Shown here piece after piece: positions 60,701-64,000 of a DNA stretch of 64,000 nt. The stretch is from the NCBI RefSeq assembly GCF_000143415.4, contig NW_003314302.1, positions 830,736 to 894,735 of the forward strand, read 5' to 3'. The position numbers and the translations under genes were made by a program. This stretch comes from Selaginella moellendorffii (lineage: Eukaryota > Plantae > Lycopodiophyta). Positions within the stretch are counted from its first letter, which is position 1. Each line of letters opens with the position of its first letter. The notes beneath the pieces are model-generated. The model saw only the letters and a list, made by a program, of their open reading frames with translations, was not told the origin of the DNA and did not search any database.

Positions 60701-62050
60701 CGATTTGATGAGTTCGAGTTCTTAGATGGCTTGTTGTACCATGGGGAGCAGCTTTACGTTCCTAAAGGTGATGCTCGAAGGTTGGTCCTGATGGCATGCC
60801 ACGATAGCCCGATTGCTGGTCACTTCAGCATCGCAAAGACCTATGAGCTAGTTGTACGGGACTTTTGGTGGCCTCACATGGACAATTACATCAAAACTTT
60901 TGTTACCTCTTGTGACACTTGCGCCCGAAATAAAGTACCTTGCCACCTTCCTTCAGGTTTGCTTCGTTCTCTCCTGATCCCTTCAGATCTTTGGGAATCC
61001 ATCTCCATGGATTTCTTGAGTGATCTTTCGAGTTCTAGAGGCTTCAACAGCATTTTAGTCGTGGTGGATCGCTTCACAAAGATGGCGCACTTCCTGCCAT
61101 GTACCAAGGAGTTTTCGGGCGAGGACATGGCAAAACTGGTATTCAGGGAAATTTTACAACTTCATGGGATTCCTGCAGATGTGGTTTCGGATCGGGGACC
61201 TCAGTTCATCTCTCATTTCTGGCAATGATTTTTGCAACTGCTTGGAGTGAAGGCCAACCTCTCTTCGGCGTATCATCCTCAAACTGATGGACAGTCAGAG
61301 CGAATGATTCAGACGTTAGAACAATTCCTAAGGTGCTTCATCAACTATCATCAGGATGACTAATTCAATATCCTTCCCCTTGCTGAGTTCTCCTATAACA
61401 ACTCTGTTCACTCCTCTCTTCGAGTTTCTCCCTTCTTTGCGAACTCTGGCCGAAATCCCCGATTCAATCTCTCACTTCCTTCTCCATCCAAATCCTCTCA
61501 TTCAAATCCCCGCTCTGAGACATTTGTCTCCAACCTCCAGGAAATCCACAACTCCATCTCCTTCCACCTCCATCGTGCTCAGGAATCTCACAAAACATTT
61601 GCCAATGCCCATCGTCAGGATTGTCCCCCTTACAATATTGGGGATAAAGTCTGGCTCCTCGGGCAAAATATCTCCACCACCAGGCCATGTCCCAAACTCG
61701 ATTTCAAATGCCTCGGTCTTTTCCCTATCACTGCTATCATTAATCCTATTACTTATCACCTTGCACTTCCCTCCTCTTATCAAATTCACCCCGTTTTTCA
61801 CTCCTCTCTCCTTAAGCCTTATATTCCCAGTCCTATTCCAAATCGAGTCATTCCTCCGCCTCCATCAGTGTAGCTCGAGGATGGGTATGAGTACGAGGTT
61901 CAGGACATCCTTGATTCCAAGATCTCACGGTCTAAACTCTACTATCTGGTCGACTAGAAGGGTTATGGACCTAAAGAACACACTTAGGAACCTGCGGACA
62001 ACCTGATTCATTCTTCTGACCTTGTTTAGGACTTCCACCGCCACTATCCT
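57738..62050 (+). pseudogene. Chromovirus gag C-terminus and pol (PR, RT, RNase H, integrase, chromodomain) with stop codons
   Basis: VPMDIS...[75 protein letters not shown], and YEVQDILDS...YYLVD*KGY. Confidence 0.93.
59996..60283. mobile_element. 288-bp MITE with 27-bp TIRs and an apparent 4-bp TSD (TTTG)
   Basis: ATGCTTTATTTCGTTAAAGTGGGACTT ... AAGTTCCACTTTAACGAAATAAAGCAT with an AT-rich interior. It interrupts RNase H (DSF|GEW). Confidence 0.9.
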
Positions 62051-62163
62051 TCTCGTCTCAGTCCTCATTCTTTTTCTCCATCTCCCGTCCCTCGCTGCCC
62101 ATCTCATCCTCCTCTTCATTCTCATTCACGTCCTCGTTCCACTCGTTCTTGAGGAGGGGGTGC

Positions 62164-62551
62164 TATCAGGAATCCCCCAATTCATACCACATTCCTGAAT
62201 CTCGTTGGATTCCTGACCTGCAGACCACATTCCTGATTCTCGAGACACTTCCCTATTCCTGACTCTCGAGACTTTTCCCTATTCCTGACTCTCTGATTTC
62301 ATGTACGATTCCTGAGTCTTGAGCCACATTCCTGATGATGATGTGGCGCCTCCTTGACCTTAGCTATATTTAGGCCGTCCTCGATCCAAGAGTGGTAGAG
62401 CTTCATCAACCTATAGTATATATAGGTTAGCCTTGTTCCATTTCTCCACAATTTGAATCAACACCAGTCTAAGGCTTCTTCTTTTGTTTCCATTAGCTTT
62501 TCTCTTTGTCTTTTGCATTTTCCAGTCTTGATCTTGTTGGGGGTCTTGATA
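62164..62551 (+). repeat. 3' LTR of the chromovirus
   Basis: Direct repeat of 48142-48528 with termini decayed to TA...TA. Confidence 0.95.
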
Positions 62552-62556
62552 GATAA

Positions 62557-63620
62557 AGTTCTTTATGATATGCTGAAGGTGACTACTGACTTCATTGATG
62601 ATCTATTGATCCACTTGAGGGGACATGGGAGGAACACATTTATAATATTTGTAAAGTGTTGGATCGGCTGTGGGAAGTTAATTTAAAGTTGAAATAATCA
62701 AAGTGCGTGTTTGGGTCTAAGAACATCACTTATCTTAGATACCATATTTCTCATAAAAGTTTGCAAGTTGATTTTGACAAACTTATGGCCATTTTAAAGT
62801 TTGGTTTGAGCAATACTTTAGCAACTTTTCAGTAGATGATGGACAAGGTTCTTTGGGATATGTTGGAAGTGGCTGTTAACTTCATTGATAATGTCTTGAT
62901 CCACTCGAAAAGGATATAAAAGGAGCATATCCATGATATTTGAAAGGTGTTGAATTTACTATGGAAATTTTATTTAAAACTAAAGTTGTCTAAATATATA
63001 TTTGGGTTCAAGGATATGACTTATCTTAGGTATTATATTTATTGTGAGCGTTTGAGGTTGATCATGATAAATTTGTGGTTGTTCTAAAGTTCTATACTCC
63101 AAAGTGTGTGAATGATCTACAATGCTTCCTATGCAGTATTTCAATTATTTTGTTGATCATTTTTTTAATCAGCTTTCACCATTATGAGATTTGCTGAAGT
63201 CATCAATGTTATCTTTCATTTAGTTTAAAGATTGCAAATAAGCCTTTATGGATCTCAAAGAGCTGTTGATAATTCCTTTAGTTTTGGCATATCTTTAACT
63301 TTTCATTTAGGTGTAAATGCTTCAAATATTGATCTTGGAGGTATCTTAATGCAAAAAAGTACAAGTGAGCCTAGTTAACGTCATTCCATTCCATACATCA
63401 ACCATACATTATAACTAACAGAGGTAAATTACTCCACAATAAAGAAGTGTTTAGTAGTAGTTTAGGGTTTTAAGAAGTTTCATATATACTTGTATAATAT
63501 TATTAAGAAGGTCAATCATACTACTCAATGCACCATGAAGCTTTTGATATATGATTTTGAGATTACTCATTGCCTAGGGAGTTTTATGGCTAATGTTGAT
63601 ATCCTTTCTCAAGCCCCTCT
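62557..63620 (+). mobile_element. Old Gypsy RT/RNase H relic with an internal tandem duplication
   Basis: FIDD/N-LLIH...KCVFG...TYL occurs twice (62557-62800 and 62850-63090). Later NASNIDLGGIL, NYSTIK and ANVDILS. Confidence 0.7.
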
Positions 63621-64000
63621 CCTTTATTCATTCTTTTCTCCTATTGAAGTGAAATCAATTGCTCAAGTAGTTCTCAAATACAAACCAAAGCCCTTATCGG
63701 TTTTCAAAGGAGTGAATGACTATAAGGTGGTGGAGGATTGATTTTACGATATAGAGGATTACTTCTGAGTGTTGTGATTACCGAGCTCAGAGAAGGTCCC
63801 ATATGCATACTTGGTAGATAATACCAAATCTTGGTAGAAAACAACAAAGGCTAATGAAAGATCGGTGGCCACTTGGGAAATGATGAAAGCAAATATCCGT
63901 GTGATTTATGTTCCTTCGAATGCTACTCTACACCTAAGGGATAACTAAGTAGGCTGAAACAAACCAGAACTATTCAAGAGCATGTGAATGTGTTTATGGC

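Larger units (their letters stand above)
48142..62551 (+). mobile_element. Ty3/Gypsy chromovirus (Tf1/Tcn1-like), full-length but disrupted by three nested insertions
   Basis: LTRs at 48142-48528 and 62164-62551, TSD GATAA (48137, 62552), PPT gaggaggggg at 62151. Gag-PR-RT-RH-IN-chromodomain order. Confidence 0.95.

Noticed and set aside
63780-64000. Gag-like fragment (TWEMMKANIR)
   Set aside because: Degenerate and truncated at the window edge.

Overview
Eukaryotic plant nuclear DNA. Very short GT-AG introns, dense genes, PPR relics and Cassandra/Tcn1-like retroelements suggest a non-seed plant such as the lycophyte Selaginella; this is inference only. The first ~42 kb is genic: a PIF1 helicase (cut by the window edge), a hypothetical membrane protein, a MASE1-sensor hybrid histidine kinase, a small secreted protein, a MATE transporter, a secreted B-lectin fusion, an F-box protein, an Integrator subunit 8 homologue, a patatin and an intronless root-type FNR. 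Mixed in are damaged genes: a jacalin-aerolysin toxin, an RCC1-repeat gene, a fungal-type carboxylesterase, PPR fragments and two aberrant tRNAs. From ~44 kb to the end is a deep retrotransposon nest, resolvable by target-site duplications (TSDs). An old Gypsy RT hosts a 14.4 kb chromovirus (TSD GATAA) that appears to self-prime. That element in turn holds a 3-LTR tandem 5S-bearing Cassandra TRIM (TSD CTCGA), a MITE, and a 7.5 kb non-coding LTR element (TSD GGAGG) whose segments are inverted and swapped with Cassandra exactly at the tRNA-Met primer-binding sites. All calls come from manual reading; no database searches were run.
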